The notes beneath the pieces are model-generated. The model was not told the DNA's origin. It searched no databases and saw only the letters and a program-made list of their open reading frames with translations. Positions 1 to 11,190 of a DNA stretch of 64,000 nucleotides are shown here, piece by piece; within the stretch, counting starts at the first letter, position 1; the number at the start of each line of letters is the position of its first letter. Origin of the DNA: Octopus vulgaris (lineage: Eukaryota); the NCBI GenBank assembly GCA_951406725.2, contig OX597820.1:57040001-57104000 (forward strand), in the 5' to 3' direction. The position numbers were made by a program, and so were the translations under genes.

Positions 1-134
1 CTATCTGGGCAATGTAGTGTACCTCTAGTTAATGAACTCTCTCTCCCTCTCTCTTCCCTTCTTCCTCCTTCTCTCACTTTCTCCCCCCTCTCTCTATATA
101 TCTATATATATATAATCTATCTTCTTCCTTCCTT

Positions 135-217
<83 letters not shown>

Positions 218-394
218 ATATATATATACCAAAAATAAGCAACAAGAATGGATCGGTAATTTAGTACAAAATTACTGATCCATTCTTGTTGCTTATTTTT
301 TGGTTATAATCACCCCACATAATTTTATGGGTAATACCATAAAAAAACTCTGGTGCATCTAAGTTAAGTACCATATTCATTTATTGTTTTGCTG

Positions 395-434
<40 letters not shown>

Positions 435-435
<1 letters not shown>

Positions 436-978
436 GATGATGGATTCTCTTGTGGACGACAAGTGAGGGTTCAGTAAAAAAAAAAGGATTGCTCATGTTC
501 TATGGACACGGATGTGTCTTTTGAGGCCTGCTGGTATCTTTCAAACCTTTTGGCAAATGGAATGGGTTGAGGACTCGGTTTTCTTGAGTGCTTGTGGACA
601 TTTACTATGTGTTTTCTTGAGTGGAAGGCAAGGCCTACTTTGCTTCATGTCACAAAACCACAATGACAGGCAAGGTTTCCATTTAGAGGAGCAGCATTTT
701 GCCAGTGAACCTTCATGCTTGCACGAAGTTGGTCTCAATGTTGGAGTCGACTTTGCTCAAATCTTTGAACTGAGAAGAAGCAGGACTAGTGCCAGGTCCC
801 GTGTTCTAATGCTTTGCTTTCCCATGAAGAAAAGGGAATGTTGCATCACTTTGGATTGTCTCTTAGTTTGTCTTTGAAGTGGAAGAGTGGCCGTCAAACT
901 GACATTCCTGTTGGGAATTGGCCAAAGAGAAGTTTCTTTAGAGTTCTGATTTCACTCATACATGAGAGATGATCTGAC
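435..978 (-). mobile_element. RTE/BovB-type LINE 3' fragment (degenerate ORF C-terminus with two C2H2-like fingers)
   Basis: Minus-strand translation with stops: RTLKKLLFGQFPTG..SV*RPLFHFKDKLRDNPK*CNIPFSSWESKALEHGTW..VQRFEQ, then LACHCGFVT*SKVGLAFHSRKH and SICQKV*KIPAGLKRHIRVH. This matches the RTE C-terminal pattern; it ends in (TA)n. Confidence 0.75.
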
Positions 979-1034
979 CTTCTTAACACACAGCCATGCT
1001 TATGCCTATACACACACACACACACACACATTGT

Positions 1035-1190
1035 AGGCATGGCTGTGTGGTAAGAAACATGCTTTCCAAACACATGGTTCCAGGTTCAATCCCAGTGTGT
1101 GGTGCTTATGGCAAGTGTCTTCTACTATGGCCTCAGTCCAACCAAAGCCTTGTGAGTAGATTTGGTAGACAGAAATCGAAAGAAGTCCAT
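1035..1190 (+). mobile_element. SINE family B (tRNA head + CORE-like), 5' part
   Basis: ggcatggctgtgtggtaag...caggttcaatccca...ggcaagtgtcttctact, homologous to 48906-49312. Confidence 0.8.
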
Positions 1191-1222
<32 letters not shown>

Positions 1223-1223
<1 letters not shown>

Positions 1224-1416
1224 GACCGCGTGTGTACCGTTGGCGATTCTTTTTTCCTCTGTCTTCCCTTCTCTGGATCTTTCCTTCTCCTATGTTTCCG
1301 CCGAAGAGCTCCGCTCGAAACGTTAAACCCTCCTTCTTTCCTGAGCGTCCAATAATACTATATTTGTTCCACGTCCTCGCGTTGTTGTTTTTTTGTGCTT
1401 TCTTGTTTGGATTAAC
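1223..1416 (+). mobile_element. Penelope-like terminal-repeat fragment (family E) with hammerhead-like motif at 1294-1328
   Basis: Near-identical copy at 63275-63480 (-) and a diverged copy at 34640-34835; embedded in (TA)n; gttt-CCGCCGA-a-gagc tcc gctc-GAAACGTT-aaac. Confidence 0.65.
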
Positions 1417-1520
1417 TTTATATATATATATATATATCTTGCAGGGATGTACTTGCTTAGCAAATGACTTGATCTGAGATCGTGTGCTGAAACAAAAACA
1501 ATTGCTGTGTGGAAGGTGTT

Positions 1521-1551
<31 letters not shown>

Positions 1552-2269
1552 TCATATAAACACAGTGTACATTTAAACACATAAGAGGTATCTGTCATAG
1601 GATTCCCTTCATGCTAGAAGGAACAGCTAAAGTCCAAACTACTATTAGGGATAAAAACTCGAAGGGAATGAAAAATAAAAACATTTACCATCTATCTCAT
1701 GGACTATGGTTTCAGAATTTTTTTTAACAAATAAAATAATTTGCTAGGTGAAATCTTCATCAACAGGTATGCCTAGATTAAACATATAAATACAAGGCAA
1801 TCCAGCATGTGCCTCGTACTTATACATTATAATTTTTCAAATCCACTGCACAAGCGCAGCTTTTTGTCGGCAGTATATTTATATATATATATATATATGT
1901 ATTAAATAAAAGGAGACAACAAAGTCAAGGCAGTGTGAAACTTCTAGGACATTTATAAAGGTAGTCTTAGCAGTAAGACTACCTTTATAAATTTCACACT
2001 GTCTTGGCTTTGTTGCCTCATTTTATTTAACATATAAATGCTAACACACGATCTGCATTAGACTCCTCACCCATACGATTATTGAACTGGGAGTCTAACT
2101 AGGATCCTTCTGTAGCATTTACATAGCCTTACCTGCCATTTTGGATCTTCTTGATACCAAACTCTTGTATATGTGTGTGTGTGTGTGCATATCTCAGTGT
2201 CTGTGTTTATATATATATTGTACATACAAATATCTGTACATTTGTCCACATATATAGCCATACCTATTT

Positions 2270-2450
2270 CTTTACTACCCACAAGGGGCTAAACACAGAG
2301 AGGGCAAACAAGGACAGACAAGTGGATTAAGCCAATTACATTGACCCCAGGGCGTAACTGGCGCTTAATTTATCGACCCCGAAAGGATGAAAGGTAAAGT
2401 CAACCTCGGCAGAATTTGAACTCGGAACATTGTGGTAGATGAAATAGTGC
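2270..2450 (-). mobile_element. SINE family A fragment
   Basis: Reverse complement of gagttcaaattc...gtcgactttgcctttcatcctttcggggtcgataaa...gccccttgtgggtagtaaagaaata. Confidence 0.8.
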
Positions 2451-2630
2451 AAACCATTTGGGTGGGAGATGATGCCATCCTTCCTGCACATGCATTAAAA
2501 TTTTTGCACGCCATTTCGTCATATCAGTTCCTGACTGTTATGCCTAGAATGTGTGTAATATGCAGCCGTTGGATTTTTGGTTACACCAAAAGCATCAAGC
2601 AGAGATATTGTACCAAATTTTGCCAAAATA

Positions 2631-2859
2631 TTAATCTTTTAGCATTCAGATTTCTTTGTCAAGTGTAATGCCTGCTTATTCACATGCTTGTGAATTAATC
2701 CTGTATTATCTCATTTACTTTGAGATTTCAATGATGTGATTGTTTAGTTTTAGAATGACATTGTAGGGTAGGTGTAAGAGACCAGATTTGGCCAGTTTGA
2801 GCATTAAACAAATAAAATATTTTGGGCAGATATAGCTGGATTAAAGGTTAATGGGTTAA
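2631..2859. mobile_element. piggyBac-like MITE (TTAA-bounded)
   Basis: ttaatcttttagcattcag...gggttaa; related pieces at about 6050-6170, 57430-57625 and 59050-59139. Confidence 0.55.
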
Positions 2860-2970
2860 TAAACTTCTGCCAAGTGTTAATGAACTTCAAGGTGGTCCTG
2901 AGATCTATAACAGGGCTTAGAAAAACTGAAGGACCACTGCAATAAGTTTGTGAATCTGAGAGGAGAATAT

Positions 2971-3350
2971 CATCATCATCTTCATCATCATCATCACCAT
3001 CATCGTTTAACGTCCGTTTTCCATGCTAGCATGGGTTGAATGGTTCGACTGGGCTCTGGGAAGCCAGGGGGCTCCACCAGGCTCCAGTCTGATCTGGCAG
3101 TGTTTCTACAGCTGGATACCTTTCCTAACGCCAACCACTCCTTGAGTGTAGTGGGTACTTTTTACGTGCCACTGGCACAGGGGCCAGGGGAGGCTGGAAA
3201 CAGCCACGATCAGTTGGTGCTTTTTACATGCCACCAGCATGGAAGCCAGTCAAGGCGGCCCTGGCATTGGCCACATTCGGATGGTGCTTTTTACGTGCCA
3301 CCAGCATGGGTATCACAACTACAATTTCCATTTGATTTTTATTTTGATGT
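2971..3350 (-). mobile_element. RTE LINE 3' UTR fragment (family C) with (GAT)n tail
   Basis: Homologous to the 3' UTR of the RTE at 45170-46163 (ggagtggttggcgttaggaa...catgctagcatggaaa.cggacgttaaacgatgatg). Confidence 0.8.
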
Positions 3351-4399
3351 TGAATAAAATCATAATTAACCCATTCTCTTGGTATTTTCTTTTACCCAAA
3401 GCCAGAAACTTTCCAGCCACACACTCATATATATTTATGTCACATAAATGTTATGTTATATCATGTTTTCGGGCATGGCTGTGTGGTTAGGGAGCTTGCT
3501 TCCTAGCTATATGGTTTCAGGTTCAGTCCCACCACGTGGCACTTTGGGTAGGTGTCTTCCACTATAGCCCCGAGCCGACCAGAGCTTTGTGATTGAATTC
3601 AGTAGGTGGAAGTTACTGCCGTGTGTGTATATGTGCGTATAGCTGCTCAGTGCCTCTTCGAAAGAGAGAGAGATAGAGAGAGAGGGAATAATAATAATCT
3701 ACAGATGTGATCCAATTGATTTGTTGATCTAAGGTTTTCTCCATTTTCAAATTATTTAAATTTGATTCCTGATAAACTTTTGTTTATCCTGTTGTTACCT
3801 GTACTCTACGAGCATAGTATGCCTGCCTACCTATGCCCACAGGTAACACAGGTAAGTGATACGGATATTTTATCCCTCAGTTGATTACTATAACTGCTAA
3901 CTCTGCTTACCTTATACACACTCACACACACACACACACACACACATAATCATATACAAAAGTGATGTATGAATGATATTTGTGTGCATGTGTGTGTGTG
4001 TAAGTGTGTGTGTGTGGTGCATGCACATAAGTGTGCACTCGAGAGAACGATATGTGTATCTACTCAACTATATCTGTGACTATTCATACACCCACGCTCT
4101 CTCTTTCTCATTCTCTCACACATGCACACTAACATCCACCTTCTCAAACACACACACACACACATGTACATAAACATATGCATACGCGTGCATATATATT
4201 TGTCTACTTAACCTAATGTATAACAACCAGAAAGGAACAGATGTTAAACATTTGCTGTACATGTCCATTGTGAGCCGCTACTTAACAGAAACAATCAAAC
4301 ACAGGCAAGATACAGATTTAAATTGCCACCCGCATGCATACTGATGCACAACTTGTATTTGAGGTTATGCAGTTTGATTAGATACAGCCGTGTTGGTGT

Positions 4400-4990
4400 C
4401 ATCATCATCATCATCATCATCATCATCGTTGTCATTGTTGTCATTTGACATAATTGACACTACCACATTTACTATAATTCTTTTCTTTATTATAATCATC
4501 ATTGACGTCATATTATTGTTGTCATCACCATCATCTTTGTTAGCTTTATCATCAGCATCATCATTGTCATCAACAACGCCATCGTCATCATAATCATCAT
4601 CGTTGTCGTCATCATCATAATCATCATCATTGTAATCGTCGTTGTTGTCGTCGTTGTCGTCGACGATGCCGTTGTCATCATGATGATCACCTTCACCACC
4701 ATCATCATCATCATCGTTGTTGCTGTGATTGTCGTTGTCATCATAATCATTGTCATCATCATCATCATCATCGTCCTCCTTGTTCTCCTCATTGGTAGTA
4801 GTAGCGGCAACATTATTAGCACATTTATTATTAAGCAGCATCAACATCATCAGTGCCATCCATCACCATCACCATCACCACAATCAAAATCATCATCATC
4901 GCCATCAGCAGCAGTTATTAGCATCAACAGTGCCATTTACCAACATCATCATCACAACCACTACCACCACCACCACCACCATCATCATTG
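4400..4990. repeat. (CAT)n/(CAC)n compound trinucleotide low-complexity tract
   Basis: Direct reading; gives poly-D, poly-S, poly-H and poly-M ORFs in several frames. Confidence 0.95.
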
Positions 4991-5242
4991 ATTTTTTTCC
5001 TACCATATTTGTCTGGATATAAGTGTGTATAAATATATGTAATTCGTTCATGACCATGCTGGAGCATTCACTTTAAAAGTAAAGTCAATTATAATAATCC
5101 AACTACATATTGGCTGTTATTAATTTGATGGCCTTCAGTAGGAAGAAAGACAGAGCTGGCATATGTATCCATATTTCTTCGTTTGTATTCACATACATGT
5201 GGGCATATTAAAACACTTGATTTTAATTAGTATTGCAAATAA

Positions 5243-5670
5243 GGTAGCAAGCTGGCAGAATCATTAGCTGAGCAAAATGCTTAGCAGTATTTCGTCTGTC
5301 TTTACGTTCTGAGTTCAAATTCCACCGATGTTGATTTTTGCCTTTCAGCCTATTGGTGTTGATGAAATACGTACCAGTTATGCACTGGGACCGATAAAAT
5401 CGACTAACTCCTCCCCCCCATGTTTCAGGCCTTGTGCCTATGGTAGAAAGGATTATTATTATAGCAAGGCGGTATGCTGGCAGAATTGTTAGCACGTTGG
5501 ACAAAATGCTTAGTGGTATTTCATCCGTCATTATGTTCTGAGTTCAAATTCCACCGAGGTTGACTTTGCATTTTATTATTTTGGGGTTGATAAACTAAGT
5601 GCCATTTGAGTACTGGGGTTGATGTAATTGACTTTCCCACTTCCCCTAAATTTCAGGCCCTGTGCTTATA
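5243..5670 (+). mobile_element. Two tandem SINE family A copies
   Basis: Two aggc/tagc.agctggcagaa...ttctgagttcaaattccaccga units. Confidence 0.8.
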
Positions 5671-6407
5671 GTAATAAAATAAATATATCAATATTTTGAT
5701 GATGATGATGATAATGATCATCATCATTTAATGTCTGCTTTCCATGCTGGCATGAGTCAGCTGGTTTAACTGGAACTGGTACGCCAGAGTGCTGCACCAG
5801 GTTCCATGTCTGATTTTGGCTTGGTTTCTACAGCTAGATGCCCTTCTTAACATCAACCACTTTACAGAGTGCACTGGGTGTCTCTAACATGTCACTGGCA
5901 TGGGCACCTTTTATGTGTCCCTGGCACTGGCCACGACCACAAATTCACTTCCCTTGTCATGTCTTCTCAAGCACAGCAATTCACCAGAAATCTCTGTCAC
6001 TTGTCATTGCCTCCATGAAACTCAACAACCAAAGACAGACTCAACAATAATTGTTTATCTTTAAAATGACATTGTAGGGTAGGTGAAAGAGGCTTGATAC
6101 CACCAGTTTCACCATTAAACAAGTGGAATATCTGGACCTGATATGACTGATTTAAGCGCTAAAGGGTTAAAGCCATTTTCTTTATATTCTGTGTCAAAGT
6201 ATGGAGGTAGTCTTGTTTAGTAACTAAATAAATGCATGTATGAATTTAATGAATGGGTTCCATTATGGCCCAATGCTTATTGATGTACTTAGCTTTGTGG
6301 AAAAAGTTTACATATATAGGTTGCAATTATCCTCATTTAAACATAGATCCTGCATGCGCTTATACACACACATTTATGTACCTGGTAAGGCAGTATCCGT
6401 CGATATA

Positions 6408-6582
6408 GGTGCAGGAGTGGCTGTGTGGTAAGTAGCTTGCTTACTGACCACATGATTCCAGGATCAGTCCCATTGCATGGAACCTTGGGCAAGTGTCTTC
6501 TACTATAGCCTCAGGCCGACCAAAGCCTTGTGAGTGGATTTGGTCGATGGAAACTGAAAGAAGCCCGTTGTATATATATATG

Positions 6583-6614
<32 letters not shown>

Positions 6615-6835
6615 AACACATGCGTGTATGTGTGTTTGTGTGTCTGTATTTGCCCCCACCCCACCAACATTGCTTGACAACCAGTGTTGGTATGTTTACG
6701 TCCCTGTAAGTTAGCGGTTCTGCAAAAGAGATCAATAGAATAAATACTCAGCTTACAAAGAATAAGTCCTAAGGTCGATTTGCTCAACTAAAGGCAGTGC
6801 TCCAGTATGGCCACAGTCACATGACTGAAACAAAT
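6408..6835 (+). mobile_element. SINE family B, full length, with internal (TA/TG)n
   Basis: ggtgcaggagtggctgtgtggtaag...ccttgggcaagtgtc...gtgctccagtatggccacagtc..tgactgaaac. Confidence 0.85.
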
Positions 6836-6909
6836 AATATATATGCACATACATATATACATGCTCACATGTATAGGTGCATGTTATATCCACATGCACA
6901 CACACATAT

Positions 6910-7295
6910 CTTTTATCTTTTATCTTTAGACTGTATCATTAGACTGTGGCCATGCTGAGGCACCACCTTGAAGAATTTTTACCCAAATGATTTATTTTGC
7001 CAAGCCTGGTACTTGTTGTTCTATCATTTCTCTTTTCTAATGTTTTGCTGAACCACTAAGTTATGGGAATGTAAATATAGCAACATCAGTTGTCAAGCAG
7101 TGGTGAAGGACAAACAGACACACACACACACAGACATGCACAATGGGCTTCTTCTAGTTTCCATCTACCATATCAATTCATAAGGCTTTGGTTAATCCAA
7201 GGCTATAGTAGAAGACACTTGTTGGAAGTGCCACGCAGTGGGACTGAACCTGGAACCAAGTGGTTTGGAAGCAAGCTTCTTACAACACAGCCACA
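6910..7295 (-). mobile_element. SINE family B, inverted relative to 6408-6835
   Basis: Reverse-complement homology over its length. Confidence 0.8.
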
Positions 7296-8200
7296 GGAAT
7301 TTTCAATCATATACATATATGTATGGAGCATAATTTCAAATCTACATCAGACATTCCATTGTACTTCTGGCTAGAGTCACATAATTCTCATTTTATTCTC
7401 ACATTGCTTCAGATCCACTTATCTGATGCAAACAGGTAACCTTACACCCATGTACTACTTTCCTATCCAGGAATAGATCTGTCTGTCATTCACACTTCAT
7501 GCTTATGGAACTGAAACATAACACCAACATTCAGTGATTCCACACTTAAAAGAACTTAAAAGAACAAATTTGAACTCGTGTGTAGACATGGTATTCTTCA
7601 GTTTGGTAATTTAGCATCAAGCAATATTTACAGTTTCAGATGAAGTAAGGGCGATTATTATTTTATGGGTCTGATCTTTTGTCTTTCTTCCCTCTATCAG
7701 GAAGGATCTAGAAAGTCCTGACTGTTGAAGAGAATGGTATTTTAGTTATTTTCATGAGAAAATGGCTTTATTAATTTCAGTAGCACCAGGAGTTTTTGGT
7801 TAATGGCATTGTGAATTGATTGATTATTTTTCTATTAAATTCTTTGTTTTTTAGACTTTACAGAAAAGTATACATACACAAAAACATATACACGCCATCA
7901 CTCTCACCACACATACACGAGCAGAACCATATATAGCAAACACAAAGCACATACATATATACATAGAAACACATACAAAGGTATACACAGATGTAAATAC
8001 ACACATGTCTATAAATGTGTGTGTGTAAATGTATGCATGCATCTACCTGTGTGTGTGTGTGTGTGTGTGGATGCATACAAGTTTGTCTGTCTCTATGAAA
8101 ATAAAATACACATGTATGTATCTATATAGAAATATATAAAGATAAATGTAAACACAAAAACAGACATGTAGGTGTGTGTGTGTGTGTGTGTGTATACATA

Positions 8201-9167
8201 CAGGGTGTCTGGGCTAAATTTGACAACTTTTTAATGTTTCCTCTTTTCAGTAACAGCTTGATGTATTAGCGAACAGTCAACAGCATTGGAGTGTTAGAGA
8301 GTAAAAAAAGATTGAAGTTGTAGTTTAGAAAATGTTAGTTGTCATGGAGGACCGGAAACCATCTGAATATTGGAAGAAAAAGCTTCCCCTATCATGATGA
8401 TTCATGCTGGGTATTAAAATACTGATATCAAGCCTGCTGCTCAATGCTCTGCAAATGATGTAAAAAGCTGTAAGACATAATGTGGACAGCTGCAATGCAG
8501 ACTATGAAGCCATGGACAGCAGGAAGGGACATAGCAGGAAGGGACATAGTAGGTATTCTAACTACATTCACATGCTGTTGGAATTCATCCAATAAGTGAT
8601 GAACAAGGCCTTCGGTTCAATTCGAATGTCTATGTGAAGCTGCAGGAGACTGTGGTCAAACCCTGGCTGGAAGGAGTTACTGCTGGAAGGCCATATGTGT
8701 GGCTCCTTACTAAACATCTGGGAAGAGTTAGAGGTGGCTGTTGGAGTATTTCTATTTGTACCTCTTGACCCCTTTTTCTTAACGGTCGCTGACCCTGCTG
8801 ACTCCTCTATCTCCCTTGCACCAGCCCCAATGTCTGGCAACCCAATTCCCCCAGTTGTAATCTCATAGATTACTATGTGTGGGACACAGTTGGGAAAGAC
8901 ACAAACCACTTTCCCTGCAACACCAGTACCCTTCTGATGGCCAAGATCAAGGAGGCATTTGAGCATTTTCTCAGGGATACAGCGAAGTATTCATGTACCA
9001 GGTTCTGGAGATATTTTGAGGCTTTGATGGAAGCTGATGGCAGCTGTTTTGAGTAAACTGTTATCTCTCAGCCATAATCTAGTTGATAGGTTTTCATTTT
9101 TTAAAATGCTTTTAATTTTAGATGGGATATTGTTATGCAAACTGTCAAATTTAGCACAAGCACCCTG
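8201..9167 (+). mobile_element. Degenerate Tc1/mariner-superfamily transposon
   Basis: TIRs cagggtgtctgggctaaatttgaca / tgtcaaatttagcacaagcaccctg, TA at left; remnant PNVWQPNSPSCNLIDYYVWDTVG matches the WPPNSPDLNPLDY motif; also GRPYVW. Confidence 0.85.
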
Positions 9168-9199
9168 CATACATACATACATACATATATACATATATA

Positions 9200-9455
9200 C
9201 ACGCATGGTGGCTGTCTACTCCTGATGCAGAGTCTGACTATGTCTTGTACCTACACCTTAAATCCATCATGGCATCTGATGTGGCTTTTTAAACCAGACA
9301 ATGTATTGAAAAGACACCCACATAAATTGCATACCAGATTTGGACTACCAAGAGCTGCAGTTAAGTTCTGCTCTTTGTGAATCTTAAAATATCTTTTGAG
9401 GCCTCTGTTAGATTTGCAAACCTCATTGTATACACGGCATTGAAAGGTGCGCACA
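9200..9455 (-). mobile_element. RTE-like LINE 3' tip with two degenerate C2H2 fingers
   Basis: FQCRVYNEVCKSNRGLKRYFKIH...LVCNLCGCLFNTLSGLKSHIRCH; same architecture as 435-978; ends in a microsatellite. Confidence 0.55.
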
Positions 9456-9609
9456 GATACACACACACACACACACATTCAAAATCGAAACACACACACC
9501 CATGCATATCTTCAAATCTTTGTCTTATGACATGATCCACCCCTATTTTTGACCATCTCTTCTGCTCTAAATAGCCATACCATTTATCTTACAGTACTGC
9601 TCCTTTTCT

Positions 9610-9855
9610 TGGCGAGCTGGCAGAAGGTGAGCTAGTAGAAATGTTAGCATGCTAGGCGAAATGCTTAGCGGTATTTCATCTGCCGTTACGTTCTGAGTTC
9701 AAATTCTGCCGAGGTCAACTTTGCCTTTCATCCTTTCGGGGTCGATTAAATAAGTACCAGTTATGCACTGGGGTTGATATAATCGACTTAATCAGTTTGT
9801 CTGTCCCTGTTTGTCGCCTCTGTGTGTAGCCCCTTGTGGGCAGTAAAGAAATAAG
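9610..9855 (+). mobile_element. SINE family A, full length
   Basis: ggcgagctggcagaa...gttctgagttcaaattc (B-box-like)...gccccttgtgggcagtaaagaaataag. Confidence 0.85.
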
Positions 9856-10157
9856 TACTGCTCCTTTTCTCTCCTGGTCCTTCTGTTATCACTCTCCCTC
9901 TCTCTCCTCTCTCTCTCTCTCCCTCTCTCTCTCTCTCTTCTAATCCCCTCCTTGGTCACTTGCTCAAATGTAAATACCAAAGATTCTTGTGTACTTCTGA
10001 TACATCCTCCCCTCCCTCATGCCCCACCTTGTTGTCTACATTCCTCTTTACTCTGTAATTTTCCCTTCTTGATCTATATATCTGAGCTTTGAGCACCTTC
10101 TACATTCTACCAGATACAAAACACTACCCCTCCTGTACAGGAGCACTCCATCAGTTT

Positions 10158-10434
10158 TGATGATGAGGGTCCCAGCTGATATGATCAATGGAACAGCTTG
10201 CTTGTGAAGTTAACGTGCAAGTGGGTGAGCAATCCACAGACACATGTGCTCCTAACATAGTTCACGGAGAGATTCAGCATGACACAGAATGCGACAAGGC
10301 TGGCCCTTTGAAATACAAGTACTATTTGTTTATGCCAGCTGAGTGGACTAGAGCAAGGACACAATGCGTTGCTGGGGATTGAACTCATGACATTTCGTGA
10401 GTTGAATGCCTTAACCACTAAGCCATGCACCTTC
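10158..10434 (-). mobile_element. SINE family F (tRNA-headed)
   Basis: Minus strand gaaggtgcatggcttagtggttaagg...gagttcaatcccc...tgtccttg; related copies at 19500-19740 and about 63690-63825. Confidence 0.7.
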
Positions 10435-10562
10435 ACACACACACACATAATGTCGCATGAAACAGTGTTGAATGAAATATATTCATGTCAGGTCCTATTC
10501 AACAAGTTATATATGTATGTGTATATTTCTCTGTATGTTTATATAGATGTGTATGAGTGTGA

Positions 10563-10666
10563 TTATATATGAATATACATATATGTGTATATATGTATTT
10601 TTATACATATACACACACACACACACACACGTGTATTAATGTATGGGTATCTGTAAATATATAATT

Positions 10667-10704
<38 letters not shown>

Positions 10705-10848
10705 CATAGATATATATATGTACATAAGCATATATATGAGTGTATATGTATGCATATACATGTATGTGTATGTGTGTTTGTGTGTGTATATGTAATATAT
10801 ATATACGTATATATATATATGTATACATTTACACAGACAGACGAACAT

Positions 10849-10912
<64 letters not shown>

Positions 10913-10917
10913 ATATG

Positions 10918-10952
<35 letters not shown>

Positions 10953-11027
10953 GTATATATGTATATGTATATATGTATATGTATATATGTATATGTATAT
11001 ATGTATATATGTATATATGTATATGTA

Positions 11028-11071
<44 letters not shown>

Positions 11072-11190
11072 AATACACACACACATGTATATGTATGTAT
11101 ATATATATATATATGTGTGTGTGTGTATGTATGTATGTATGTATGTATGTATGTATGTATGTATGTATGTATGCATGTATATACACACTC
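10563..11190. repeat. (TA)/(CA)/(TATG) compound microsatellite
   Basis: Direct reading. Confidence 0.95.

Noticed and set aside
4365-4859. 164-aa Asp-rich ORF with a hydrophobic start, resembling an acidic biomineral protein
   Set aside because: It is a (GAT)n tract, open in several frames on both strands. Similar tracts at 35420, 44040, 59760 and 61040 give the same artefact, and there is no splice or other gene evidence.
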